This document shows positions 39,465 through 53,429 of a stretch of DNA of 64,000 nucleotides, piece after piece. The DNA is taken from contig OZ024744.1 in assembly GCA_964016885.1 (NCBI GenBank), forward strand, positions 84,568,001 through 84,632,000, read 5' to 3'. Within the stretch, counting starts at the first letter, position 1; each line of letters begins with the position of its first letter. The position numbers and the translations under genes were made by a program. Source of the DNA: Eledone cirrhosa (taxonomy: Eukaryota). Below the pieces are notes generated by a model. That model was not told the DNA's origin. It did not search any database and saw nothing but the letters and a program-made list of their open reading frames with translations.

Positions 39465-42189
39465 GGATGAGAGAGAGTGAGAGAGAGAGGGAGACACACA
39501 TATATATGTATATAAATATGTGTGTAGGGGGGGGGTGTTATGGATGAATGGATGGATGGATACGACAGACTTGAACAGATTCCGTCTATTAAATACCGCT
39601 CACACGGCTATAGTAGAAAACACTTTCCCCCATATCCCACGCAACGGGACTCGACTTAGAACAAGCTGGTTACGTAGCGTAGTCGTTAACCACTCAGCCA
39701 TTTTAGACGAATAATGTTCTAATTAGTATCGATCTCGCAACAATTTCGTTAAAAATTGGAAATTATTCTTTATGATATTGATAGCTCATACCAGGAATCG
39801 AAACCGGTTCACAGGTTCGGTTTCACTCACAACTACGAAGTTTTCCATCTCTGCAATGATTAGTCACATATCAATAATTTTAAATAATATTTTTTTCCCC
39901 TTTTATTGCAGCAATAACAACAAAAACAACAACAATAAACATCAGATATCAGTGACAACGAAAATGTTTACATGAACTTACATTAAACTTCATAAAATTC
40001 CAATTAGACGATGCACGACGTTTTCTTCTGTGATAATGTAGTAATAAAAATAGTCATTTGTGAGTGAAATGGGTTCACACACAGAAAATAGTATGGCCTC
40101 ACTTTGAAATAAACCAAAAGAAGATATATTCCGTATCTGGCTGTCAAAACTATCATCACAAATGCCACCTCAACCAACAGCGACACCAAAGCCATTAGTG
40201 TAGCAATTAACCATAAATTGCTGTGACGCTCAAAAGCAATTAAGAACATTTTTTTTTTCTACAACAAAAACCATTTTCATTCATTTGTGAATTCCTTAAT
40301 ATTCTTCGAATCACATCGCGAAAATATTCATTTATTCAATGATGATGACTGTTGATGTGTTCCTCATCAAAATGTGATGGTTCTCAATATAGCTATTTAA
40401 ACAGAAGAACTGAAACCATTAGACCTGTTTATCTACATTAATCTCACCTTTCTCTGCAATAATATATCCAGAACAATTGTGTCTTGTGAATGTCCTTTGA
40501 AGCCATTTAGTTCTCAATTCAAAAGAGAATACATTCCGTCCTGATAGTTGTGTCCAGGTCACCTGGTGACATTAATAGCAACATTAGATAGTTATGTTTC
40601 ACTGGCAAATGCTGTGCTCAATTTCAGAGATAATCATATTAGAACAAGCAATTTCTCTGCACTTTCGTCGATGTCATTACACTATTATACGTAAATATTA
40701 GACATATATCCTGTCTGAATTCTTTGTAATTATCACAATTCAAATCAACCAAGTATTGTTTACTTCCCAAAGCTCAACAGTTCAAAAGCTTTTCTGTTTT
40801 TAATATCTATCTACCTCTGTCGACAAAATTATTCATATGCAAACGTTTTGTGTTTAAATTTGTTGCATTCACATAAATCTAATAGACATTTCTAGAATGT
40901 GAGTATTTTGGTAGTATTTTAATAGTAATTACTACTAAATGCCCTAAATAAATATAATTAAGGCTTTTTTTATGAGGCCATCTCAAAGATAATAATAAGA
41001 AAACGAAGTAAAGTTTGTGTGAGCTAATATAAATTTCTCAATATCGCAGAAAGGAAAAACCTAGAAAAGTATCTTTCCGAAAAACAAACCATAAATACAG
41101 AAAACAATGAGACTCTATGACAGTAACATAAAGTGAACTGAAGCTTAAATTAGTGCCGCTTAGTCCAAAGAATATCGTTAACTTGTGCAAGGCATGAATT
41201 CAAGTTGTATGTTTAGTGAATCAACCACCAAACTATAGAAATTGTCGTTCCAAACTTGTTCCCAACTTTCACAGTTGAATGTAATAATAATATGATAGAA
41301 TCTGAATTAACTTACAATGATTTTATTTTTTCATATTGTTTTGTTTCGTTTTTCGGTTTTTGTTGTTTTTGTTTGTTTTGTTTTGCTTTTGCTTTTTTTG
41401 TTTTGTTTTGTTTTTTGTTTTACACTATTCAATTCCTGATCAAAATATATTTGAAGAGACCTCACTGTGTTCTTTATTTTTTCTTCTTTCTGTTAACTCT
41501 TTTTCTCTAGAAGCAAAATTTTATTATTCTTTGATTATCCTCCAAAAATTATTTCTTATAAATTTATTTCTCAATAATTTAATTTTCAAGAAATATTTTT
41601 TATGAGTATTATTTTTTTATTGGTGTATATACCATGTGGAAAATTAAAATTTCACCAGTGATTATTATTATATCAATAAAGCAATTTACTTCATTTTTTG
41701 CTTCCATTTAGAGCCGATCATGAGATGGGAGCAAGGAAATTATGTTTCCGTTGGTCGTTCCTTAGCTCGTAATATCAGTAGGTCGTAATTTCTGACAAAA
41801 GTGCCGCAGCTGTTCAGGGGGCGTGGTTTGAACTCAGAACGCTCAGAGCTAACCCGTTCGATGATTTAACAATTTCCCTAGCCCACCGCCCCAGGATTAG
41901 TACTTTATTTTATCAACACCCGAAATGGTGAGCAGCATAGTTGACTCCAGAGAGGTTTTCTCTCGGTGTGCAGAGAGTCGAAGCAAATGCTAAAGCATTT
42001 AATCCGACACTCTAACAACACCTTAAACATGGATTAGATTCAGAAGTTTTAGACTTAAGTAAATATTTTTTACTAAAGAAACTAAAGAACTAAAGGATTT
42101 ATGATTAAGCCCAACTCTTCTATTTAGATCAATTAGATCAATGGTTTGTTTCATTGAATTGAATTATCTATATTGGAAGTTATCCAAAA

Positions 42190-42690
42190 TCCTGGGCTCT
42201 CTCACTCCCTGGTTTACCTTCACTGCTTCCTATCTCTGGCCACATTGGGCCATGTGGGGCCGAGGTCTCGTGTCAGATCATCACGCCATATTGCCTTTGG
42301 TCGCCCTCTGGTTCTTCTCCATTGCCTTGGTGTCCACTTTATCACTCTAATAGTCCACCCGTTGTCTCTAAAACGATAGAGATGGCCAGCCCATCTGTTT
42401 ACCTTTCTTGGTGGTCTCGATTATGTCCTTCATGCCAGTCTGCTGTCAAGTGCAGGTGTTACTCTTCCTGTCATGTAATGTGATACCGAACAGGGTTCAC
42501 TGCATTTTATATTGGGTCACTGCAATAGTTTCTGCAGTGGTGGTGTTTAGTGCCCACGTCTCGTTTCCATAACTCATCATCGGCAGAATATATTCATTAA
42601 GCAGCTTTTTATTTTGGGGTTTTGATTGTTGACATGGGACTTCTAATGATGTTACAAACGTTTCCAAATGCCGCCCAGCCAAGTAATATT
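42190..42690 (-). pseudogene. Degenerate RTE-clade LINE 3' fragment
   Basis: Minus strand encodes YILPMMSYGNETWALN and, after frameshifts, RWAGHLYRFRDNGWTIRVIKWTPRQWRRTRGRPKAIWRDD (RTE C-terminal signature). Confidence 0.8.
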
Positions 42691-43906
42691 TGAACTATAT
42701 TTAAACAATTGTAATTTAATTTCTTGTAATTAATATCATTTCTTCTTCTTCTTCTTCTTCTTCTTCTTCTTCTTCTTCTTCTTCTTCTTCTTCTTCTTCT
42801 TCTTCGCCTGTACCTAAATTTGGTAAATTAAAAGTACCATCTACTGCAAGACAATGATTTCTAATTTAGACACAAGGATAGTATATATGAAGGAAGAGCA
42901 AAGTTGATTAAATAAACCCTAGTGCTTGGAAGGGACTTCATTTTATTGACCTCAGTGGGGTTTGAACTCGGAATATAAAGAGTGGAACAAATACTGCAAT
43001 GGCATTTTATCCGATGCTCTACCAATTCTACCAACCCACCAGCATTTCTGTAAGATAATAAGAGTGTCTGATTTAGGCACTAGGCAAACAATTAAATCTA
43101 CCCCAGTGTGCTAGTGGTACTTTATCTTATCGATCTCGTAAGGATGAAAAGCAAAGCTGACCTCGGCGGGATTTGAACTCAGAATGAAAACGGATATATG
43201 CCGCGAAGCATGTTGTCCGACTCTCTACCGATACTGTTAATCCATTGCCCTTGTACTGCAAGATAATGATGTAAAAAACATTATCTGTTAAAACGACAAG
43301 TTAGTTTCCCTAGCTGTAATTTTTTTTTAGATTTTTCACTGGGAAAGGTCATTCAAACTGAAGCTGTTTGCTTTTTTTTGTGGTATTTAGTTCTAGCCCT
43401 TTACATTCTGAGTTCAAATCCCGTCGAAATCAACGCTGCCTTTTATCATTCAGAGGTCGATAAAATAAAGTACCATTCAATTACTGGGATTTGTTTAATG
43501 AACTTTGCCCTTCCCTCAGATTTCCTGACCTTGTGCCCAAATCAAGTTTATTGAGCATACTCTTTCCACTCTTCCCACCAAATACGTGATCATATGCCTG
43601 TCAGCAGAAATAAATATTATTTGAAAAGCCTAGAAGCGGTTTAACGGTGGTATACAGTCACGTCTCTTTCTGTTTTCTATTCAAAGACCATACTTCTGAG
43701 AAGCAATAGAATAAGTACAAGTTAAGTAATGAGAAAGATCAAATCGAATATACTTTCCTCCAAATGTTAAAAATTATTATATTTGCACCGGGAAGCAAAA
43801 TACTACAGTAAAGAAAAAAGACAAATATGTATTTTCTATACTCCCTACGACATATATAGGGTTGCAATAACTATTTTCCTCCATATAAAAAATCATAAGT
43901 GTAGTT

Positions 43907-44195
43907 CAGGCATGGGCAACCTTTTACGAGAAGCGGGCCACATGATATATGGCTCATCATCAGGCGGGCCGCAAGGGCTAATTTACATTCGTGCTCACAT
44001 TAAAAAAAGGGCGGTAACTCAGGTTGTTTTGATTTGTTTCTTTGGAAATCGTAGACGTTGTTTTCCTTGATCGTAAAATTGATAGAGAGATAAATTACGA
44101 CTGAAAAGTTGAGGTAAAAAAATCAGAAAGAATCACCTAGATGACTCAGGCGAGCCATTCAGAAAGCTTCGAGGGCCGCAGGTTGCCCATGACTG
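43907..44195 (-). mobile_element. hAT (Charlie-like) MITE, 289 bp
   Basis: TIRs CAGGCATGGGCAACC / GGTTGCCCATGACTG with a perfect 8-bp TSD gtgtagtt (43899-43906 and 44196-44203). Confidence 0.93.
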
Positions 44196-44508
44196 GTGTA
44201 GTTACTCACAACGAAGACTTTTAATTCAAAAAATAGTAGAGGAGTTATATCTACTTTACATTTACCCTAAACCTTCAATATTATGTATTCTAGCATACTT
44301 ATTATTTATAGATTTAATACTTTCAACTACATATCAAATTCCTTCCAAGTCAAATAAATAGGGGATAACTCTTGAACTAATATTGTTTACCTCTTGTTGA
44401 AAATAACGATATAAGTAATATTTTTATCAAAGATGACTTTTCCTTGTTTCCATATAACATCAACACACAGAAGTTAACGAAAGGTCAACGTTATGTTAAA
44501 GTAAACAG

Positions 44509-44693
44509 GACGGTGGATTGGCAGTATCGGTAGAGGGTTGACGCCATGCTTTGATGCATAGAGTTACGGCCCTTTCCAATCTGAGTTCAAATCCCGCCGA
44601 GGTTAACTTTGCCTTTCATCCTTACGGGGTCGATAAAATAAAGTACCAGTAATACACTGAGTAATTGCTGGTCTTGTGCCAAAAGTAGAAACA
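44509..44693 (+). mobile_element. tRNA-derived SINE, full length
   Basis: A-box-like tggcagtatcggtag and B-box-like gagttcaaatccc, with a 19-bp TSD gttatgttaaagtaaacag (44490-44508 / 44694-44712). Other copies at ~45520-45695, 45895-45995 and 48228-48420. Confidence 0.9.
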
Positions 44694-46292
44694 GTTATGT
44701 TAAAGTAAACAGATGAAGTCTGTTTTGTTTTAACCATTTGTTTTGAACGATAATCTTCAAACAAATTAAGCCAAAGTAATTGCCTAAATTAAGAACGAGC
44801 CATTAACATTTATGAGATTTTTTCATCGAAATTTCATTGGGGAATGCGATCTGCAAGTTCTGTGTCTTTCTATACATGTGTGTTTTCCCAAGCAGTGAAA
44901 TCCAATATGGCTCCTGCGACATGAAGTGAAATTTACGTGAGATGTAATCTGATTCTTTAATGGTATGGCGTGTTTTCTTGCATTTTCTTCTGTTGATTTC
45001 TGTTTGTTTATTTGACAGATGTGCATATGACTGATTAACTGATTGTTGACACCTAACAACGACAAGGCTGTCACTCCATTCCTTCCTAGTACGAGTAAAG
45101 TGTTTTCAAAGTATTAAAGTAATTTCGTCTTCAAAAAGCCGATGTCATTTTTTAAATTACCCTGCCAAACTACTTTATATTCAAAATCTAATATTAGACT
45201 GTAACATACTTCGTTATATCATACTGTATTATAATATATTATATTGTATCCTTCCCTTCACAGATTTCTGCACACCCATTGTCTTTGGTCTGTACTCCTT
45301 GGATGCGTTACCAGACTATTAAAGTGAATATCTAAATAACCATGACATTGGGAAGGATTTTAGGGAACTTTGGTTGCTATATTTAGCAGGTAAAGCCTCC
45401 ACGAAGTGGCAACCTTGTTTGATTTCGTTGGATATCGTTTTATCATGATTTAAATTTCGACGTATTAAAAAAGAAGTACAATACTTACTTGAAATATATT
45501 AATACATATATAGTATCATTTGGCAGTATCGATAGAGCGTCAGACACAATGCTTTGCAGCATAGAGTTATGGCCCTTTATGTTCTGAGTTCAAAAACCGC
45601 CGAGGTTAACTTTACTTTTCATCCTTACAGGGTCGATAAAATAAAGTACCAGTAATGCACTGGGGTAATTGCTGGCCTTGTGCCAAAAGCAAAGACAACA
45701 GAGAGTGATCGACAGACAGTCTGTTTCTCACTTGTTAGCGTTTATAGCCGAGAATACGTAAGTGACATAGACACTACTTTAAAACTCATAGTCTTCAAAA
45801 TGTTTTAAATTAAACATACAGTATATTGCCAAATATACTATATATATATATATATATATAGTATATATATAGTATATATATATATATAGTATATCCCGTC
45901 GAGGTTAACTTTGTCTTTTATCTTTACGGGGTCGATAAAATAAAGTACCAGTAATGTACTTGGTAATTGCTGGCCTTGTGCCAAAAGTAGAAACAATATA
46001 TACACATATATATATATATATATCAATAGTCGATCGAGGAAACAATGTTTCCGTTGGTCTTTCCAATTGCTAATACTATCTGTCGGTCGCAACTCCGGCA
46101 GAAGGAGCAAGATGAAATAAAGTGTCTCGCTCAAGGACATAATCACAACCTCAAAAATCCAGTTGTTTAACCACGCAGCCACGCGCCTTCACACACACAC
46201 GCACGCATATATATTATATATATATATATGTCCCAAGGCTCTGATACCATCAACACTATACACGCAGAGCTGGCATATCTAAGAACTGACTA

Positions 46293-46348
46293 ACTGCCTG
46301 ATGAGGTCATAGCCATTCAATGACTATCATCGAAATATATATAGCAGT
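46293..46348 (+). ncRNA. Type I hammerhead ribozyme motif
   Basis: ACTGC-CTGATGA-GGTcATAGcCAT-tca-ATGaCTATcATC-GAAA-TATATA-TA-GCAGT, with a perfect 5-bp stem I, inside a ~170-bp (TA)n-flanked unit. Confidence 0.85.
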
Positions 46349-46393
46349 AAATAAAGGATTATGAGTTCATGCAATTGACTTATGTTTCGTCAC

Positions 46394-46487
<94 letters not shown>

Positions 46488-46498
46488 TGTGTGTGTGT

Positions 46499-46571
<73 letters not shown>

Positions 46572-47506
46572 TTTCACTCACAAGACATTGGTCAAACTAA
46601 AGTTATAGTAGAAAATACTAGCCCAAGGTGTCAAACATTGAGAGGGGGTTAATCTGAAGCTTGTGATTGTGTTGCGAAGCGGACTCCAAATCCACACACC
46701 AATGTCTGTTGTCGGTATATACATTTCTTCGATTGTAAGTGAAGAGAAAGACATTTCCCCCCCCCCCCCCCCTAAAATTGTTGTGCATAGGCGCAAGCAT
46801 TGTTGCGTGGTTAAAGAGTTCGCTTTGCAACTATGTGATTTCGAGTGTAATCCTACTGCATGGCACCTCGGACATGTATCATATAATTGTTTCTCAGGAC
46901 AAAAAAATAAAACCTGACAAAGGGCGGAAGAACTCATAAGAGTCAACGGCCATCCAAAAATTGTGTATATATATGTATATAGCGTATATAGTGTATATTT
47001 GGTAGCCTTGGTCGGCAATCTGTCTAGGAGAAAGACCACTCTGATTTCAAAGCCGGGGCGGACAGAGCTCTTTGGCCTTGATAGGCAATCTGTCAAACCA
47101 ATCCTGACTGGGTTAAACGACGACATTGGTAAGCAGGATGTCGTATCAGTAGATAAGGCAATGATCAAGTAACTGTGAATTTGGTTCATACTACTAGTGG
47201 CAAGGCGATCATATCAACTACTGTTGGATGTTTCGGTGAGGCACAACCGCTCTAATACAGAGTACTGCTTTCGCTTGTATGGAGTAGCGACCGCAAGTGT
47301 ATATCCAGCTATTGAAATCTAAATATGATGTTTCTCATTTTGGCACAATGCCTCCAGTGTATTACTGGTGGTGCTTTATTAAGGATGAAAGGCAAAGTTA
47401 ATCTCGGCGGGATTTGAACATGTATCATATAATACAATCTCATGTTGACGAATGCTTTGAGAGTGAAATCTGCTAGGCAAAAACTGTGTGGATGCGCGTT
47501 GTATGC

Positions 47507-47552
<46 letters not shown>

Positions 47553-49140
47553 ATGCGTGTGTGTGTGTGTGCGCGCGCGTGTGTGTTTGGGTGTGGGTGT
47601 GTGTGTGTGTGTGGGGGGGGGGGGGGTTATGTTTATTGTTTGTTTATGTCCCGTAACTTAGTAGTTCGACAAAAAGCGATGGATAAAATATATACCATCT
47701 GATTTGAATTTTAAAAAAATAAAAACTGGTAGGGGTGGTGGGTGAATATGATCGAGTAACCCACCACGCACCACTACCAGAATTATCCGTTCAAGGCGTT
47801 GCCCGCCCTAGCACGACCGCAGTCAAATGACTGAAACAATTAAAAGAATTAAAAAAATGAAATAAAGCATAATGAGTGTATCGAATGTTGATTAAATCTG
47901 CAACCAACTGCGTCACAAGCCCTACTGGTCATTGGGTCATTGGTCTTCTACTGGCCAATAAACAATAGAAATAGCTTTGAGACAAAGAATGAGTCATATA
48001 CATATGCACCAAGTCAGAACACAAAGAGACCTACCTTCACTGCCACTGCCTTTGTCTCTCCCGCTCTCCCCATCTCTCACTGCTATAAGCTTTGGCTTTC
48101 ATCCTTATGAGGTCGATGAAATAAATCACCGGTAATGCACCGGGGTCGATATAATTGACTTTCCCCTCCCCTAAAATTGTTGGCCTTATGCCTAAATCAG
48201 AAACCACTATTATAAGCAAATAAAAAAAGGGCGGTGGATTGGGAGTATCGATAGAGCGTCAGACACCACGCTTTGCAGTATAGAGTTACGGCCCTTTACG
48301 ATTTGTGTTCAAATCCCGCCAAGGTTAACTTTACTTTTCATCCTTACTGGGTCGATAAAATAAAGTACCAGTAATGCACTGAGATAACTGCTGGCCTTGT
48401 GCCAAAAGTAGAAACAACTATTATAAGCAAAAGGGGGGGCCACATATTGGCCACCCTGCGGTCCCGACGGACAGAATAGAGAAGGCTTTTCCCCGGACCG
48501 GAGGACAGCGGGGGAGACGCGTTGGAAGAAACATTGAATCTCGCGAGGCTCACACCTGCGGGTAGCCAACTCTGTGTCGATGGTTGTGAGTAAGGAGGTG
48601 GTCATAGGGCCACGGACACCAGAAGTCCTCTACTGTTTCGGTCTACGGTCTCGACTGCAAACCTGTCGGAGAGCGACCGCTATTTGGAGAGTTTATCCTC
48701 CTCGAGCCCGTAGTGTAGCAGAGACTTGGGTTCGACGCAGACTGCACCAGGTTGCCGCTGGAGAATCATATACATACTGGCCAATCACGGAAAACAATAG
48801 ACATCACGTCTAAAGTAATTTGATACCTTCCAGAACTGTAGTATTGTTGTTTGTTGTAGTCATTTGGTAAATGAGCGTGACAAAAGAAATTTCTCATTTT
48901 CTCTCAGGCACACGTTTCAAGTAATTGTTTTTAGGTGGAGTTTTATTGTTGTTATTTTGTTGTTGGTTTTTATTTTATTTGGTTGAGTTTGTTTTTGTGT
49001 GTCTTTTGTTGTTTTTGGTGTGTTTTATTTTTGTTTTGTTTTGTTTTTTATCATTATGTTGGGTTGTTTTTTTTATAACTTGCTACTGGTTACGGAGTAG
49101 TTGCTGTCATTGTTGTCGTTGTTATTTTCAATGCGGTTGT

Positions 49141-49195
<55 letters not shown>

Positions 49196-49253
49196 TTATT
49201 CATTTAAATATCATAATATTCGTGTGTGCGCGTGTGGCCGAGTGTGAGTGACC

Positions 49254-49324
<71 letters not shown>

Positions 49325-49673
49325 CGCTCATTCACACATATATATAAATACATATATACACACACACACACACATATATACATATATATACATACATATA
49401 TACACACACACATATATATATATATATACACACACACACTTACACAACACATGCACACAACACATACATATTCCGTCTTTGTTTATAGATTAGAGGTCCA
49501 TCTGTTTGTTAATCTCCTCCCTTTTCTTAAGGAGCCAACATATTGTGTAAGTGTTTGTGAATGAAGTGCCATGGCGTTAAGAGTTGACAAGCTTAGCAGT
49601 TAGGCCGCCAAAATGAAAGACGATATGTATTGGCTAGTTGTGTTATATTTTTATATTATTACCTTTTATAAGA

Positions 49674-50770
49674 AGGGCGGTGGATTGGCAGTATCGGTAG
49701 AGGGTCGGACGCCATGCTTTGCAGCATAGAGTTACGGTTCTTTATGATCTGAGTTCAAATCCCGCCGACGAGGTTAACTTTGCCTTTCATCCTTATGGGG
49801 TCGATAAAATAAAGTACCAGTCACGCACTGGGGTCGATTTAATCGACTTTCCCCTCCCCCCAAATTACTGGCCTTGTGCCTATATAAGAAACCATTATTA
49901 CCTTTTATAAGAAGGGCGGTGGATTGGCAGTATCGGTAGAGCGTTGAACAAATTGCTTTGCGGTATTTAGTTACGACGTTTTAAGTTCAAAGTTCAAATC
50001 CCTCTCCGAGGACAACTTTGTTTTTCATCCTTCTGGGATCGATAAATAAAGTACCGGTTTAAGATAAATAAGTACTGTATTTGATCTAATCGACTTTTTT
50101 TTCCTTCTCCGAATTACTGGCCTTGAGCCTAAAATAGAAATAATAATAATTATTATTATTATATTGGCAGTATCGGTAGAGGGTCGGATGCCATGCTTTG
50201 ACGCATAGAGTTACTGTCCTTGCCATTCTGAGTTCAAATCCCGCCGAGGTTAACTTTGCCTTTCATCCTTACGGAGAAGATAAAATAAAGTACCAGTAAT
50301 ACACTGGGTAATTGCTGGCCTTGTGCCAGAAGTAGAAACAATTATTATAGGCGGTGGATTGGCAGTATCGGTAGAGGGTCGGACACCATGCTTTGCAGCA
50401 AAGAGTTACGGCCCTTTATGGTCTGAGTTCAAATCCTGTCGAGGTTAACTTTGCTTTTCATCCTTACGGGGTCGATAAAATAAAGTACCAGTAATACACT
50501 AAGATAATTTCTGACCTTGTGCCAAAAGTAGAAACAATTATTATAAGGGCGATAAATTGGTAGTATCGGTAGAGCGTCGGACAACAAGCTTTGTGGTATA
50601 TAGAAACGTCCCTTTATGTTCTGCGTTCAAATCCCACTGAGTTTACCTTTGCCTCTCGTCCTTATGGGGGTCAATAAAATAAAGTACCAGTAAAGTATTT
50701 GGGACGATTTTATCGATTTCCCTCTCCCTTCAAATTGCTGGCCTTGTGCCAAATGTAGAAACAATTATTT
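49674..50770 (+). mobile_element. Five head-to-tail SINE copies
   Basis: Copies start at ~49674, 49914, 50164, 50349 and 50547, each with gttcaaatcc and aaagtacc. Confidence 0.92.
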
Positions 50771-50854
50771 TTATTATATTTGCTCTTGTTTACTTCAAAC
50801 CCGTAATGTTTCGGCTCCATAAGTTTCTTGTCTTTTATTTGTTTATTGTACATA

Positions 50855-51411
50855 CTAGCAGAAAAAGCACCCTTCGAGTGGTTTCCTGCTAGCATGTGTA
50901 GTGTGTATATTGATATTATACGCAAATATATATGCATGTAGATATGATACATCAAATAAAACCGTAATTGAGAATATGCTCAGAAATTGAAGAGAGACTG
51001 TGTTACACTCTCTTCTGTAATCAGTAAAGTAATCCATGATGCATTTTAAAAAAGACGATATTATATATATAAACTGCATTACGGTGAAATGTAAGAAAAT
51101 GAAAAAGCGACAGAAATATAAACGTCATGATATAACGATGCAAATATATGAATGTTTATATAAGCGATATGTGATATAGCGTCCATATAACCGGAAGATT
51201 GACATTTTAAAATTTTAAAAGAAGTGAATCTTAAAATAAGCAATCATTATATATAAGAATATTTATGTTTAATTAAGAGCTACGAAATTTACTACATAAA
51301 TTATGTAACATTCATTCATTATTTATTCAAAGTAATCCAACTTATTTTACTAACTGGATAAAAAGTATATTCAGGACACAATCCCGCACACCTCCCTTTA
51401 TAATATTATGA
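50855..51411 (-). mobile_element. Non-autonomous Helitron-like element
   Basis: + strand reads A|CTAGCAGAAAAAGCACCCTTCGAGTGGTTTCCTGCTAG...GA|T, i.e. 5'-TC, a terminal hairpin and CTAG-3' on the minus strand. Sister copy at 58264-58841. Confidence 0.7.
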
Positions 51412-52824
51412 TATTGTTAAAAGAATGTCGTTAGGTTTATTTAAATACGGCCACTTTCTTTATTCAGGAAAGATAGCGACTTTCAACATTCGGCCCTTTA
51501 GGACAAAATCTGTATTTCTAAATTTAATGATACCCTTATTTTTTGGCAAAAGGTGGACCACCTACCACAACTATGGGATGGAATGGCCAAAATGGTGGTA
51601 GTGGAGTTGAGTCTTGTTAAGGATTGAGTGTCTATGAGTGTATGTATTATAGGCGGTGATTTGACAACTAAGTCGTTAGAACGTTGGACGGAATGGCTTA
51701 CGGTTACGGTATTAATTCTGGTTCCCTGTAAGTATCGGTCAAGTTCTGGAGTCGATTCTCAGTAAAGTAATGGGGAAGTACTTAGGCCGATCTTTATATC
51801 TCTCCCTCTCTTTTTCCTATCTCTAAAAAGTCATCGACTGTTCAGATCTGGGGAGAGATGGGCTTCGCCATGTTTAAATGCCAAAGACACTCCATATATT
51901 AAGACGGCACCAACTTGAGTCAGATGCTGCTTGAGTGTGTTGTACAAAGTACTCATGGTGACCATTTTCCAAACCGTCCTTTTTTTTTGCTCCAGCATAC
52001 GTCGAGGATTTTATTGATGAGAAGTTTTAGTACTGTAGAGTATATATATGAGGATCATGGTCGCTGTATCTGGATTGCTATTTCGGATAAGCAATTACAC
52101 CCATTAGCTGTCATAGGTAAATGACATAGAACTTTAAAAGGGCCACTTTTTAGCTTGGCCGAAATTACTAATTGTACGTAAAACTGCGATTATTGAGTAG
52201 TATTTCACAATACTTGGGATGGAGGGAGAAGTTTAATGTAAAATTATAGCAAGACGAGGCAGAGAATGACATTTAAATAGAGGCTCAGTTGTGGATTGAG
52301 AAAGAAATTAAGAGTGTTTAAAGATTTGATGATTCGCTAAAATAAATGAGCGAAAGAGTTCAAGCTGATCAGAGCGACGTGTGGTTCAGCTCCTAGACCA
52401 AAAGTTTAGATTTAAGAACATTTAAGTGGTTGAGAACAATTATTTCAGAGAGAATGTGAGTTTAGGTAATTATCTTCAGTATAAAGTGATATTTATATTT
52501 AGTCAGGAAATAATAGACCCTTCCTGACTAGAAAAGTTATTGAGGATTATGATGAAATTTTGCGAGTTGAAAAATATAGCGAAAACGAGGAATTCGGGAA
52601 AATTTTATTAAGCAAGGTGTTTAGTGCCGGGTTTGGTGAGTGAGACAAGTAGAACTTAGAAAGGGAGAGTTGCGCGTGCATCACTTAATCAGGGAAGAGT
52701 GGGCAATGACAATTACCCTTTTCAGGGCCTCTGGATGCAGTGGGAAGCAGGGAGGCATCCTCTAACCGGAGACGATTGACCATTGACCAAAACGCTTTCA
52801 ACAGAGTGAACTCCGCTAAAGGTA

Positions 52825-53411
52825 CACGAGGGCAAGTTGGTGGTATTAAACCGGACGACAGTTCAAATCTACCAACTAGGTATGCGCGGCAGGATTTTAA
52901 CTAAGAACGCAGAGAGCCGGCATCTCGTCTAATTCTCTAACAAATCCGCCATTCCACCGCTCTGAACAGGTACTCAGTGCAGCACTTAACCCTTTCAGTC
53001 TCGAGCTCATCTGTGAATTTTCTTGGTACCCAATGGGCACAGACTTTCGAAACCCAAAGTGAATCAACAATGCGGTGAGCACTCCCATGACTTACTCTAA
53101 TACCAACTCATGAAGGGTTATGCGCCAATCGGATTAAAGCACTGGCTTTTGCTTTGTTGGCAGAATTGACAGACGTTGACGGGCGGCCAGCACGAGGCTT
53201 GTCTGCTAAGCTTGCAGTTCTCACCTCTTCATCTTCATTCAGACGGCGGACCCATCTACGCACATTGCTATAATCTAAGGCGTCTGTGAATGCTAACAGG
53301 GGATTCTCCATCAGCAACAAGGAATTCGATTACTGTTCTTTGCTTCTGACAGACTTCCAAGGGGCAGCCTGCTGTGATAAAAAAGGCATTTCGTTTTGAC
53401 TGGCCCTCGTG
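52825..53411 (-). mobile_element. Internally deleted mariner element
   Basis: TA|CACGAGGGC...GCCCTCGTG|TA TIR and TA TSD. ORF 53108-53320 has YSNVRRWVRRL...LADKPRAGRPST (mariner HTH and GRP motif). Confidence 0.85.
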
Positions 53412-53429
53412 TATATATATATATATATT

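Noticed and set aside
44515-44600. tRNA gene
   Set aside because: The A/B boxes belong to multi-copy SINE heads with TSDs, and there is no cloverleaf.
51800-52750. Possible Tc1/mariner (SPDLN, minus strand) and LINE endonuclease remnants
   Set aside because: Only short motifs amid stops, too degenerate to call without a homology search.
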